DNA of 64,000 nucleotides, taken from NCBI RefSeq assembly GCF_009914755.1, contig NC_060928.1, one strand, 5' to 3'. A model generated the notes under the pieces. That model was not told the DNA's origin and did not search any database. It saw only the letters and a list, made by a program, of their open reading frames with translations. Shown one piece after another: positions 13,909 to 27,679 of the stretch (the stretch's first letter is position 1; each line of letters begins with the position of its first letter). The position numbers were made by a program, and so were the translations under genes. The stretch is from the human T2T-CHM13v2.0 reference genome, Homo sapiens.

Positions 13909-13965
13909 TATAAAATAAAATATATACCTATATATAATATATACCCTATATATATAATATATATA
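13869..13965. repeat. (TA)n and AT-rich low-complexity tract
   Basis: Pure AT dinucleotide run 13870-13900 followed by degenerate TA blocks. Confidence 0.95.
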
Positions 13966-14002
13966 CCTTGCCAAATTAAAAAAATTTCCTGAGTAATCTT
14001 TC

Positions 14003-14503
14003 TTTTTTTGCTTTATGTACAGAACAAACCACTTTTTTTCATTGTAGAAAACATACATAACATAGGTACTATTGTAACCATTTTTAAGGGTTCAATTCAG
14101 TGGCATTAGTATATTCACGATGTTGCGCAACATCACCGCTATCCATTTCAGGGAATTTTTCATCACTCCAAATAGAAACTGTATCCATTAACAATAACTT
14201 CCCATCACCTTTCCCCGCCTGCACCTGATAACCTCTATTCTACTTTGTCTTATGAATTTACCATTTCAGGTATCTTATATAGATGGAATTGTGTAATATT
14301 TGTTTTTTTGTGTGTGTCTGGCTTATTTCACTTAACATAATGTCTTCAAGGTTCATCCATGTTGTAGTACGTATCAGACATTCATTCTTTTTGAAGACTG
14401 AATAACATTCCATCGTATGTACATACCACATTTTGATTATCCACTCATCTATTGATGGACATTTGGATTGTTGCTACCTTTTGGCTATTGTGAATAATGC
14501 TGT
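14003..14503 (-). mobile_element. L1MB-type 3' end
   Basis: ttcagtggcattag...ggcttatttcacttaacataatgtcttcaaggttcatccatgttgtag...ggctattgtgaataatgctg; flanks cctgagtaatcttt / cctgagtaacttt (TSD). Confidence 0.9.
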
Positions 14504-14861
14504 ACCTGAGTAACTTTATATTAAAATCACCTTAGCCAACCAGCTCTTGACTGAATTCCCACAGAAACATACAGAAACCTGAAAATTTTTATAGTGTCCT
14601 CTTTTTGTTCTGGGAGTTTTGCAGAAGAGATGATATCATTTAAAGAGACCAGATTAGCAACAAACAGAATTTTTGAATAGAAAACTAAACTGATATAAAA
14701 TTAAGTTAGGCTTAAAGATAACTTAGATAGATATTTTGTTTAAATATCTTTTAAACTCTTAATATGTACTGAACTTTAAAAGTTTTATAATAATGGAAAC
14801 TTACCCTTATATAAATCTTCAAAATATATGAGGTACATTCTCATCCATTATCCTTACATCA

Positions 14862-15188
<327 letters not shown>

Positions 15189-16318
15189 CTAAATAAACTG
15201 TCACTGACTTATAAGGTTATAAATATATTTCCTCTAAAATATAATATAAAGAAGTTTCATAATACATGTAAGAATTCCCTTCAGTGCATTTATTTACCTT
15301 TTCAAGATAGTAGTCAAAGCAGCTTTACTCATAATACAGGGAAATGTCCCTCCTGAAAGTTAACCACTGAGCTATTTGGTCACAAAGCACATTATTCTAA
15401 AACCAGTATTATTCCAGAACCCTGAGCATATTTTACAGTATTTCCAGCCCATTGTATTCTAGCCAGTTGTTCTGTATCACATCCTTACCAACATAAGCTA
15501 TTGTTTAGCAGCCAACTCCCCAGCATTGTTATTATAGATGAATGTGTTCCTTCCCAGAACAGCCCACTGCAGACAGGTGGACATGGTAATTACGGAGGCT
15601 CCATCTGTTAGTGGTGCTGGATATACTGGGATCTCTGTTTGAACTTAGATCCTTTGAGTATTTGGGCAGATGCATGTTGGAGGCTAGAGAAATATTAATG
15701 CAGACAGCGCTACATACATTTTTGTTGCATTGAACAAATCAATTTAACTCAATTAACATTTATTGAGTACTTGCTAAGACTCAGGCACTGTGTTGGATTC
15801 CAAGCATGCGATTCAGCTCATGGATATATGGAGAGAGCAGAATGAAAACATTTTTACTGTCACACAAAAGGTTTGAGACTCAAACTCATAGTAGATTAAA
15901 TCTAAGAGATCTGAGAAGTCATCTACTCCACTTCCTCCTATAACAATGAGCAAACGATATCCTTTACAGATGGCATATTTAAAACAATATAGATGGTTTT
16001 GGAACAGAGATTTAAGCTGATGTCTTAATATCAACTTAGTTTAAAAATATTTAGGATAAAAATTTTGTTTGATATTAATTTATGATCCTCATAAGGATCT
16101 GAGTTACAAACATTCTATAATAATATATCTCACAATTAAACAAAGTGAATTAACCACCATGGCATAGCTATTCTGTTCTGGTCTGTATTTTCAGATATAC
16201 AGCATTTAAAATGTTATATACTTGCTGCTTATAAGCTACCCAGACAGCAACAAAACAAATGGAATGTACAAAGTGTGGAACTAAGCCAAAAGCCCTTCTT
16301 TTTCTCTTTGTTACATGA

Positions 16319-16699
<381 letters not shown>

Positions 16700-16989
16700 A
16701 GAACTGGTTTTCTTTAAGAATGCTGATGAGGATGGGTGGGCATTACCTCACTGGTAGAGCCATTCTTACTTATCCAAAGAAACGAAACACATTTATTCAT
16801 AGTAGAGCTACCTACTGTGCTATGCTCTTGAGCCACACCTCCCTCCAGCCCCTCTACCTTAAATTTAGAGTTACAGGTTCATTGGAAAGAGCATCAACCC
16901 AACCTGCTTACATCAGAGACCTGAACACTCAGTGTGACTGTGCGAACTCCCCGTACAGGACATTTATTAATGCTAGTATGCACTTTCTC

Positions 16990-17372
16990 CCTCTTAGTAA
17001 TAACATTCCAGAGTCCTCTTGGGGAGAAATCTCCATTGACTTTGTGGAACTGCAAGGCAAGGTGCCTAGTTCTCCAATCACCAAGATGTGCACACATGAC
17101 CCATTGGCCAAGTGGACACTCTCTCCCAAATCTTCGAATCTCAAGCAGATGGATGCAAGGATGGAAAACAGCTGGAATCGACTCATTTCAGTGGTGGCAT
17201 CTTAAAATCCTAAATACTAATTCCTGCCAAAAGAGCCCTAGAGTTTTCTTTATTCCTGTGGCTTTTCCAAGCCTGGCTCTGCATTGTTCTGAAATCTGTG
17301 GGCTAACTAACAGCTTTGCCTAGGTTCACCTGAGTTGATTTTCACTGCTTTCTATCAAAGAACCTAACTTAC
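16990..17372 (+). mobile_element. Old ERVL-type LTR remnant (LTR33/MLT-like)
   Basis: 3' end gagttgattttcactgctttctatcaaagaacctaacttaca resembles old LTR termini; family and start uncertain. Confidence 0.35.
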
Positions 17373-20300
17373 ACACTATCTGAGTCCAGAAATACAGATC
17401 TTTAGCTCCAGAGGGTATTAAACACATTCTTCTGTAATTTATTCATGTTAGATCAGCAAACATCTATAGGTAGTTGTTTGAATATTCCAATGGTGTTCAA
17501 TGGTGAGGCACAGCCCTAGGAGAATATTATTATGGTTGTACACTGAGAATACATTACTTTCTAATAAGGAAGGAAAAGAAAAAAAACGAACAGCACTGTA
17601 CATCTTGGCTACTCACCTTTTAACAGTAGCCAGAACTCATTGTCAGGAAGTTCTCATGTACCTAAGGAACAGTCCTACATGGATATTCCATATTCATGGC
17701 TGTGATCCCCTGGCCTTGTTATGATCTTTAAGCAACTTATAAATCATTATCAAAAGAAGATTACACTGTACTTACTTCATTTTAATACAACATATTTTGC
17801 TTGAAAAATTATAATATTCATGTTCAGTATTCTAGTTACTTCAATAAGATGAACCAGAACACCATATTCTCTTAGAATCCCAGATAACAGACAAAGTCAT
17901 CACACACTTCTGGTCAAAGAACAATGATCTATCTGGGAAGGCTCTTCTTCTCTCTATACAGCCCCAGGAAGGCCACATGTGGGAAGGTGAGGAGGGAGGC
18001 AGACATCTAGTCAGCTGATTCGATCAGTAAAATCAACCCAGGCCATCAGTGGGGTGCCTGGTGTCCCAGTAGGATCATCTTCACTCCCAATCTGACTGTG
18101 CACTGGATACCAGGTGCCTTACTGGCCTCACCCTGGTCCTGATCCTGCCTCTATATCAACTCCCAGGCTTTGCTTAAGCACACTGTTATTCCTAACTGCT
18201 TCCATCTCCACCTTAGCAATTCCTATGCTCTAAAATGTCAACTCCTATGACTTACTGAGGCAGCCTGCAAATTTGGGCTTTTACTTGGTCTGAAGAGCTC
18301 TTGTCCAGTTTTCAAAATGATTTCCTACTGGGAAAATGCCAATCTCTCTGCTCCCTGTGTTGTGGCTAAAATGTAGCTTGAGGTGGCAAATCTGTGTTCC
18401 ACGCTGGAAGAGCACATCTGGTTTTGATTTTTGCAGATGACACTGCCAACAGTCTTTGCTCCTCTGTGGAGCTGGCCAAGATTGTTTCTGTCTTCGTACT
18501 GCTTAACAGACTAGGGTCAGGTGCCAAGAGGTTGCCTGTCCTGAAAGCTTCTTTTCTGAATGAAGGTAAGAATTGGTGGCAATGACACCTAGAAACTCCC
18601 AAATAGCTGAAGTTTTCGAGGAAAAAAAATCACTGTGCCTTACCAATATAGTTATCTCTGCTTAGACAGTGACTGAGACTGAAGTTATATTGCTTCTTCC
18701 CCAGGGATCAGAAAGGGCAGCCACAGAGTTAGGTGAGAAGGCACAGCTGAAGCGATGGAAGATTTACATCATATCTGTCAGCATGTCAATAACCCATCCT
18801 GAAATTCAGGAAAGGCTGAAAAACTGTCTAACTTGAAATTTCATTAATAATTGTAATAAAAAAAGACTAATTCGACAATAACCTAACATAATGTTGAATT
18901 TCACAGACATTTTATTGAAGAGGAACACAAGCAAGTAACTTTGGAAGTCCCTTAAAGTGTAGACTTCTGGCTGTTGATTTTTAAAAACAAAAGTATAAGG
19001 ATGTCAACTAAATTTGAATTCAATTGAGTGGTTCATGCTTTATGTGCCATGCATATTATACACGAAACGTTTCTGAATGCATTTTAGTTGAGTGTTAAGG
19101 GTGAAATTAGAATGGTTTAATATTTGGAGGCAATTTCCTGTTAAATTGTCAAATTCATCTTATTATAGGAGCTTCTGGGGAATGTTTGAGGCACCACGGT
19201 TCTTGTGTTCTTTTATGGGAGTGGAAGACATTTTCAAAAAGTCACAATTTCTGGTAAGTAACGGACTCCATTCTTTTCTCCATAACACTGGCAGACATTC
19301 TTGGCATCAGCCTGACAAATCTCCCTACCACAGAGATGCAGTGTCTTGAAAGCTGCAAGCAGGAAACAAGCTTCTGTCTTTTTAGCGGACCTCCTGAATG
19401 AGGCTTCCAGCTGACCCCACTTGCAACATGCGGTAGTACCATATTGTTGTGGAGATGTAAAACCCTTCTGGAGGATCCTAAATTACTCTAGGAGAGGGTG
19501 GTGTGTAACTACGCATGTATGTGCACACAAATGCACATGTAAATACACACATTCTCTCTTTCTGTCTCTCACAGACAGACTTTCCCATTTACCCCACTAT
19601 AAGTGTGACTGTATCTTCTTTAGCACAGGTATGTAATAATTGAGGGCATTTGGGTAGCACGTGGTAACCTTTTTTGAGGCTGGAAAACTAGTTTCTCTTG
19701 GGCAATGTGAGGTCAGGTTTCATCAGACATGGAAATGTGGGAGCTTCATGTTTTTTCTTCTAGAATGCCATTTCTGTAATTTTGTATAAACAAAGGATAA
19801 GATCTGTCTCTGACACTGGATCAGATTCGTTATGCTTTATAATCTCTGGCTTACAGATATGATGACTATTATGAGGCTTTAGGAACTGCTGATATCTACT
19901 AGGGCTTTATAGAGAGAAGAAACTTCGAAAAAAGAAGATATTTTACACTTCACATGTCTGACAAGGGTGTGTGGGGCCAATTTACAGCAGGGGCTTAATA
20001 TATTTTTGATGAAAATTGCTGCAATGTGGCACACAGATTAAAGAGAAAATAGCTATTTTGTAATGACAGCAGTAGATTCTGAAATGAAGCCCAGCTGGTA
20101 CAAAGATCCTACATGGATTTCAAGATACACTACCCTCTTCCCAGGCTTTACAACAGCATTTAAATGTCCTCCAGGCTAGAGTACCCTATCAGAGATTTCC
20201 ATGGGTGTGAACCTTGTGGCTCCACCCTCAGAAGTAAGGGAATAATCTAGTGATTCGAATGTGTTGAAAAATCAACCAACCGATCAAGATGGATTTGGAC

Positions 20301-20599
20301 AGACCATGGTTTAGCTTGCCCTACCAGAACCTAGAGCAAATACCTAATATGATATAATGAACCATGAGGTAGAGGCTAGTTCTACCCCTCTACACCAGCA
20401 ATTGCAAAAAGGTTACAATATATATGCTTTAAAATGATCGCAAATCAAAAGAGAAATGATAGTCACCAAAGTCAAGCACAGTGACTGGAATACAGCAAGA
20501 ATGAATGAATGAATGAATGATGACTACAACAAAGACCCAGTAGTTAGGTTTTCCAGATCTTATTTTGTATCTGAGCACTGGGCTTGGACACAGAGAGCC

Positions 20600-20725
20600 A
20601 TAAGTAGGTTATTTAATTTCCCTTAAACTCAATTTCCTCATCTGTAAAATGGTCCTGGTAATTCACAGGATTGCTGTGAGGTCTAAAAGTGATGATGTCA
20701 ACATGCCTGGCCAGAGCAGGTACTC
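20600..20725 (+). mobile_element. MIR
   Basis: Core ctcaatttcctcatctgtaaaatgg...cacaggattgctgtgagg. Confidence 0.8.
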
Positions 20726-21289
20726 CCCCTACATGACATTGCTTACTGAGGCTGCAGCCTTCAATTTGTTCTTACAATTGAACAAAATATTATGTATGTC
20801 ATGTGAAACTTGTTTTACAGTTTATCTCAACCTAAGTTGGCATTATTTTAAAGTCATAAAAACATGATAAAAATACACATATACACATGCTGACATTTAA
20901 CTAATAAGAGTCCAGTTATGGAGTGATCCTGACCATCTGAGCGAACATGTCAGCAGGGTCATGCTACATATAGGATGTGGGGTCAGAAAAGTAAGGTGAG
21001 AGGCCACAGTTAGGATCATGTACAAGCTAATAATGTCACATGGCTAAAGACACACATTCCCATGGACACTGGACAATGGGCTGAGTTTTTTTCAACAAAT
21101 CAAAGGCATATACTACAAAGGAAAGAGTGTGTATGCTGTTCCAGAGTAAGAGGCTTAATCCAAACACCACATCCTTGGTGGAAGGGGGTGTTCTCCCATT
21201 CATAGCAAGGACACAGAGCAGCCAGGGCATCGCTGGCTGGCTGTGAGCACAGAGAGGCAGAGACCAGATTGAGGGGTAGTTCACTTTTT

Positions 21290-21689
21290 CAGAAATACAT
21301 ACTCTGTATATAGAGGTAAATTGATATGATGTTTGGTTGGAACTTGCTTTAAAGATACTTCAACAAGAGGAAAAAAGAATAAACAAAATAAATATGTCTA
21401 TCCCCTGCACCCCCCAAAAAAGACTTGAAGATGTAACACCCAGTGCAATGGTTTGAATCCTAACCAACAATAAAAAGCATTTTTGATGCAATGTATTTAT
21501 AGATGAAGCAATGACTATGAATTCTGATAACAGTGATAATGGCATTGTGATTACCTAAGAAAATATCCATATTTTAGAATTGTATATGTATATATAAAAA
21601 AGGAAGGGGTGAAGGGACCTGAAGTATAAGAGTTGCTTTAAAGCACTTAAGAAAAAAAGAAAGAAAGGAAGGAAAGAAAGGAGAGAGAG

Positions 21690-21748
<59 letters not shown>

Positions 21749-21878
21749 AAAGGGATTAAGAAAGCATGGCAATACCTTGATAATTGAATTTGGGTGGCAG
21801 GTATACGGGAGTTCACAGAAGCAGTCCCTCAACCTTTCTTTTGTTGAAATGTTTTTCATAATACAATAAGAAAAAAAT
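21290..21878 (+). mobile_element. L1ME-type 3' UTR fragments carrying an STR
   Basis: gtgataatggcattgtg...gggtggcaggtatacgggagttca...ttgaaatgtttttcataat. Confidence 0.6.
21650..21751. repeat. (GAAA)n tetranucleotide STR
   Basis: 15 perfect GAAA units at 21691-21750, preceded by GA/GGAA variants. Confidence 0.97.
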
Positions 21879-21930
21879 CACTTACGCTTTCTGAGCCTTG
21901 GTGCCAAGTACTTGGAATGAATGGTAACTA

Positions 21931-22010
21931 TTAGGTTGAGCCATATGAAACTGCTATTTTTGTAGATCAAAAACAGTTGAATATCACCATCTTTAAATGG
22001 TCGAACTCAA
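21931..22010. mobile_element. MADE2 mariner MITE (about 80 bp)
   Basis: ttaggttgagccatatgaaactgc...tttgtagatcaaaaacag...atggtcgaactcaa follows the MADE2 consensus, preceded by TA. Confidence 0.8.
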
Positions 22011-24874
22011 CCCAAACCAAAGACTCTCAAAATGCCTTTCATCTCTGACATTCTATCCATAATCCTAGACAGAGCTAAACTCTGCAAAAAGTTCAGTGTC
22101 CAAAGTTGTCAGGCAATACTCTGCAGGGACAGGTACCACACTGGCCCACCTTCAACAACAGCTTCTATGGTAACTGTATTGTCAAGTGCAACAGAAAGAC
22201 AAGGTCATCACAAAGGCCATAGCTGTTGCCAGCCCTGATCACTGGTCATGATGTGCTCTCCCTATGCAATTTACCTGGGAATCTCCCTTATGCATGTGTC
22301 ACATCATTCATAGTCTATGAGGTAAAACAGGTCAGGGCCAATTCCACAAAAACACCACTTCCTCCTAGTACAGATGGTAGAAACCCTCAGAGACTGACAT
22401 TCTGCCAGTTTCTAAATTTAGTCCTAGCCTTACCTCCAAAATTAAACAAAATAGCAAATACTTTTGGTATTGTACTTCAGAATAGGGAAAGTTGTCCAAT
22501 TTAGCAGGGATGTGTAAACATTTCCTTTCTCATCCTGATGTCCTACCAGGCCCTTTCATGGCCTTTTCCCATTAAATTTTGTAATTTTAAATATCTTATC
22601 TAATAAGTTTATTTATTTACCTGGGCAGATTAAATGCAGCTGAATTCCTTGGTCTGTAAGTGATTAGCGTAGGCAGTTAAAAGCAGCCTAAACTTATGGG
22701 CAAGGTTTTCAGTTTCTATCCCGAGCTTGCTTCTCTGTTCCATGGTTAATAAGAGCATTCCAACTCTAGCCAGCCTTATTGTAACCTCTGGTCCTCTATG
22801 TTCAAAGATTGGGTGAGAACATTGAAAAGCATGACTTTTATTGATGTAGGTGAGTACTGCCATTTTTTTGTGAAGTACTACACATAATTAAGCGACCAAC
22901 TTCTAAAGCAAATCACTTTTATGAGTGATAACTGTTTCTATTTGTTTGGGATCAACCGTCCTTGGAGTGATTCTTGCAAAGAAAAATATCCTGACACTAT
23001 ACATCAACCTAATGCTATGAATTGGCTAATGATAAAGGTAGCTATTCTACTTTCAAGGTTGAAACGACTGAAATCAAAACATAACTAGACAAATGCTCAC
23101 AGCTAAAGTGTGTACTGTGCATGTGTGTATTAAGGAAAAATAGATAGATACTTTAAACCCTGGGCAGTGGAAAGAAAACCCAAAAATCCAAGGAAGGCAG
23201 TTAACTAAATTCTCTTTCTGTCCTCATAAGACAGTACATTTTCAGGTTCATGTAAGGAAAAGTGAAATTGAAGCTTATAAATTAGAAATGGATGAGACTA
23301 AGGCAAGAGAAGGGAAGGAAGACAGGAAGGAGATGCATTCTTATCTTTCCCCCAAGGTCAAAGTGATGCACATTTTCTATTCTGTGGAAACTCAAGACTG
23401 GACTTTTGAATCAACCAATTCCCTCTGACATCAAGTGAGGAGGGCAAGGCACAGCTGTCAGTGATTTCAATTCCAGTCCTTTACAATTTCATTTTTGGAG
23501 GAGGGGCTCTCAGTAAACCCTGTGACTCCTATTTAAACAGAAGCAAATGCACTTTAGTATTTACCCTCTTAAGTTTCAGAACAAGTCAGGGAAAGAGGAG
23601 AAAAAAAGGAATATGAGACAAAATATTTATAATATCAGGAAAAAGCTTAAATCTTTGCATGAAACAAAACTGTACTGCAAGGGATTGTATTTATTCTTCC
23701 ACAACACTAAAGAATATATAAATATATTATTAAATTTATGACAAACCATATTTTCATTTCAGTAAAAAGCAGAATCAGACTGTTTTTTTCAGACCTTAAC
23801 AACTCATACTTAGAAAAAAATGTTACGTGCATCAACCGAAGTAAATATTCTTGAATGTTCCCTGGTAAACGTTGATGAATGCAGTGATTTAGGAGTGGTT
23901 AGAACAGGAAGAAGGCCATTTCTATGTCTAGATTGTTTAATGATTACCTGTCCCGTCTTCCTTAAGAAGGCAGAGAGTGTTGCACAGAAGTCTACTTGTG
24001 TGGTCTCAGCAAAGGCAAATTTATAAAGATTTTGCCTTTCCAGGACATAAACTCCTGTGTATAGGGGCTGTCTCAAATACCTGTGCACTTAGTAATTGAC
24101 TTGATGATGAGAATAAATGAAGATGAAAAAGAGAAATTCATCACTTACTGAAAAGTATAAAGTTTCTGTTTTAAAAGTTTTACAGAGCAGAGAGAGATTT
24201 TCAAAAGAGGAGGAGAACAGAGAGCTGCACCTCTTCAGCTGCTGCTCAGACTTTAGCAACGAAGGAGGCCTCCGTCACTGGAAGATTGTACACGCAAGAT
24301 AAAACAATCAGAAAGGCCTCCGATTTGTTTTCATTTGAAAACTCAAAGTCAGCTTTAATTTCTGAAAGAAATGAGAGATAATGACTCAAAATATGGCAGA
24401 CTAGCTTTACAAACAGCCATTTGCCCAAAATGAATAATAATTTTAGATGATGAGTTGTAAACAACACTGATTTCATTTATTTTGCAACCAGTAATCCTGT
24501 TGAGGAGAGACAAGGCTGGCAAATTGTTTGAGCTATCCGTGATGTTTCTGGCCCTTATTTGCAAAGTTGGAGGAAATCCTGGCAGAGAGAACATAAAATG
24601 ACATTGGGATGCTGATAATGAGCTCTATGCAGGTAGGGAGATTTGTCAGGGATCTGGCCTGGTGCATGTTGGGCTTCAGATGCCTGGATTGGACTGACAG
24701 ATCCAGTTGGAATCTGCTTACTTCTTAGAAATAACCAGGCTTCTAAGAGTAGCTAGGAGCTCCCTATGGGATGTGCCAGTTTCAATGGCAAAAGCCACTT
24801 TTAGCACAGGGCTGTGACCATTCTTAAGATCTCCTCTTGAGAGGACACTGAGTTGCCTGACATGGCCCCCAAAA

Positions 24875-25039
24875 AGGGCTGCCAGATAAAATATAGAACA
24901 CCCAGTTAAATGTGAATTTCAGATGAACAACTTATACTAACATACATATATACTAAAGAATTATTTGTTTTTCATCTGAAATTCAAATTTAACTGGGTTT
25001 CCTTTTTCTGTTTGTTTGTTTTCTAAAACTGCCAACCCT
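24875..25039. mobile_element. MER53 palindromic MITE with central deletion
   Basis: Termini agggctgccag / ctgccaaccct; 32-bp inverted arms at 24900-24931 and 24967-24998. Confidence 0.9.
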
Positions 25040-25287
25040 TTTCCTAAGACAAGGAAACTTCTGACAGGGCAGGATTCAGCTGCACCACCGCTGTGGGGAG
25101 GGATGAAACCTGCAGGCAGGAGGGGAGGGGAAGGGAGGAGCATAAAACATGGGCTGAGAAACAGTGGACTTTTTCCGTCAAAAGGAAAGCCATAATGTAT
25201 ATCCTAGTGAAGATAGCAAAACTGAGAAAAGATTTCAGATTTGGGTCAGCATCCAAGGGAGACCTAATTTGAAAAGAGCAGGAACAG

Positions 25288-25296
25288 GGTGTGTGT

Positions 25297-25337
<41 letters not shown>

Positions 25338-25361
25338 TGTGTGTGTGTGTCTGTCTGTGTG
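25288..25361. repeat. (GT)n microsatellite
   Basis: About 19 perfect GT units (25299-25336) with interrupted flanks. Confidence 0.97.
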
Positions 25362-26409
25362 GGCAGGCACATGTGTCTGTTCATGTTTGTGTCTTTGGAA
25401 CTTACGGGTAGCAGTGGTGCTTAGGATCAGCAGCAGACAGAATGACTAAGGTGGGAAAGTTGTTAAATGAGAAGAACAGGTGACAAACAGGAGTACAGTC
25501 TTGTGAAGAGTTAATTCCTAAGTACAGGGCAGGCTGCTGTATAAGTCTAGGCTCCCCATGGGTGCCTGAGCTCCCCAGATGCCCAAGAGACCTGAGCAGA
25601 AAGGGGCCAGATGGACAGACAGACTGCCCACTTCAGAATGCGGCTGCACATGTGATTCAGGGGGTTGTAATTATTTCTCAATACCAAGGGTTCTCTTTGG
25701 CTATAGGGTTTCAACCCTACGGCTCGGATCGGCAACAGACTACTTCTAAATTCCAGAGTCTAGTGAAGGGGGAGAGCTCTAACTCTCCAGCTCCACTGGG
25801 GTCCAGTTTCTTACAGAATGGGGTAGCAGAGAGGAGGCTGGATAGCCTGAAGATATCCTATAACTGGGACAACTGGAATGGCGCTTGTTGGTTCTTAAGT
25901 TGGCTAGAACTGCCTCCTGGAAGATCATATACATCTTCCAACGTGCACCTCTCCCCGCAGTGTCTGGCTGCAGCAGGGTTAGGATCTATCACTGTGTTCC
26001 TTTCTCTCTTTCCTTGGCTTCCTATCCTTCCTATCCAGTTGCATCTGTTCACTGTTTTCCCATGAGCAACTCCTCCTTGCTTGCTGCCATGCCCGACTTC
26101 CTCTCATCACCTTACCTTTGGCTTACTGCTTTTCCCCTTGTTCACTCAATCTCTGAATACTTCTCTATATTTTCCTCTATCCTAAATATTGGAATAATAA
26201 AATTACAAAGATAACGAACAATCCCTATTTCTTAAAAAAAAAGAAATCAAAATGAGTACAGTTGTTTGTTGTAGGAGCAGGCTTCCCTGAGTGCCCCTGC
26301 AGTGGCACAGCCTTCCTGGTGAGGCTGCCTTGCAGCCTGTGAGAGATGGATGGATGGTAGAGTGGGGTCAAGTCTGGGCTGTGCTGACAGTTAAGTGTGG
26401 GCCTCCAGC

Positions 26410-26570
26410 CAGTTAACTTCCATTCCTTCATTTTAAAAATGAAGACAATCATTCCTTCTTAACAGGACTGTTGAGAGGATTAAATAAGATGTGTATTTAC
26501 ACATTAAATATATACTTAAAGTGCTTTGGAAACTGAGCAGCATGTTCCAAATGTAAGAGGTATTATTACC
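26410..26570 (+). mobile_element. MIR
   Basis: ttccttcattttaaaaatgaagacaat...acaggactgttgagaggattaaataagat. Confidence 0.7.
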
Positions 26571-26777
26571 TAAAAGACAAAAATATCTTATACCTAATTT
26601 TACTCTATAGCAAACAGTGTTAAGTGATTACATATTATGGTGCTGAGAAACGGTATAACTATTTCTCTTTATAAATGTTACCCCCTCCAATATCCAGATT
26701 TGTGGCTCTTCCAACATGCTTAATAACAGGAAGTGGTGAACCCTCCATGAGGTTTTTGGACCAATTTAAAATGCAGT

Positions 26778-26917
26778 GACTGGGCACAGTGGCTCACACC
26801 TGTAGTCCTATGAGGCGGGAGAATTGCTTGAGCCTGAGAGGCAGAGGCTGCAGTGAGCCAAGATCATGTCACTGCATGCCAGTCTGGGCAACAGAGTGAG
26901 ACCCTGTCTCAAAAAAG
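26778..26917 (+). mobile_element. Alu monomer (FRAM-like, internally deleted)
   Basis: Single arm with A tail; flanking repeat aaatgcagtg. Confidence 0.85.
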
Positions 26918-27339
26918 AATCATATATAAAATATAAAATGAAATGCAGTGCTGCTGGATAGAAGATTTAAAAGAATTTTTTAAAATCATAGTTTATCATA
27001 AACCTTCAAATGTTACAGATTACCATTTTTGGAAAAAAAGATTTTTATACAGCACAACAAAACAAAAACAGAACCCCTATTATGAAGTTGTAAGAGTTGC
27101 GTGTTCTTTTTCTTGGGCATAGGATCATAGAGAACTTCTGTCAGCAGGCGTTTGGGAGATGTGTAAGTTAATAACCATGTTTGCTAGGAAAACAGGAGAG
27201 AGGGCTAATTAGCACAGGGAGCCTGGCTCTGGTGAAGGATGACATGTTTGGTGTATGCAGGGTGGCAGCTGAAAGTTACTAATACTGCCACATACCCCCA
27301 CTGTGCTTCTGTTACCCCAGTTCTCCCAGAGTCATGATG

Positions 27340-27590
27340 AAAATAATAACACCACACAGCACTTTACAGTCTATAAAGTGCCTGGCTATGTATGCATTAC
27401 ACACATCACCTCATTATATCCTCTTTTAAAGCCTGTAAGATCAGTTTTACTCCTGCAACTCAATTTCATAGAAGAGGAAACTGAGGTCAGAGTTGAAGAT
27501 CTTGCCCAAGGTCACACAACTGTTGAGTCCAGAGCTAAATCTCAATGTGGGGTCTTGGTTCCAAATTCCACACTAGTTCAACACACCCAG
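27340..27590 (-). mobile_element. MIR
   Basis: gaggaaactgaggtcagag...cttgcccaaggtcacacaac. Confidence 0.85.
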
Positions 27591-27679
27591 CTCACACCAT
27601 GCAGGCACACTGAGGATGCAGGGATCTGATATGATCTTCACATGTAGAGTGCAGAAAGGTATTACAGAAAAAGCTGGGG

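Noticed and set aside
25562-26214. 167-aa and 109-aa ORFs
   Set aside because: Non-ATG starts, no convincing splice sites and no recognisable protein family
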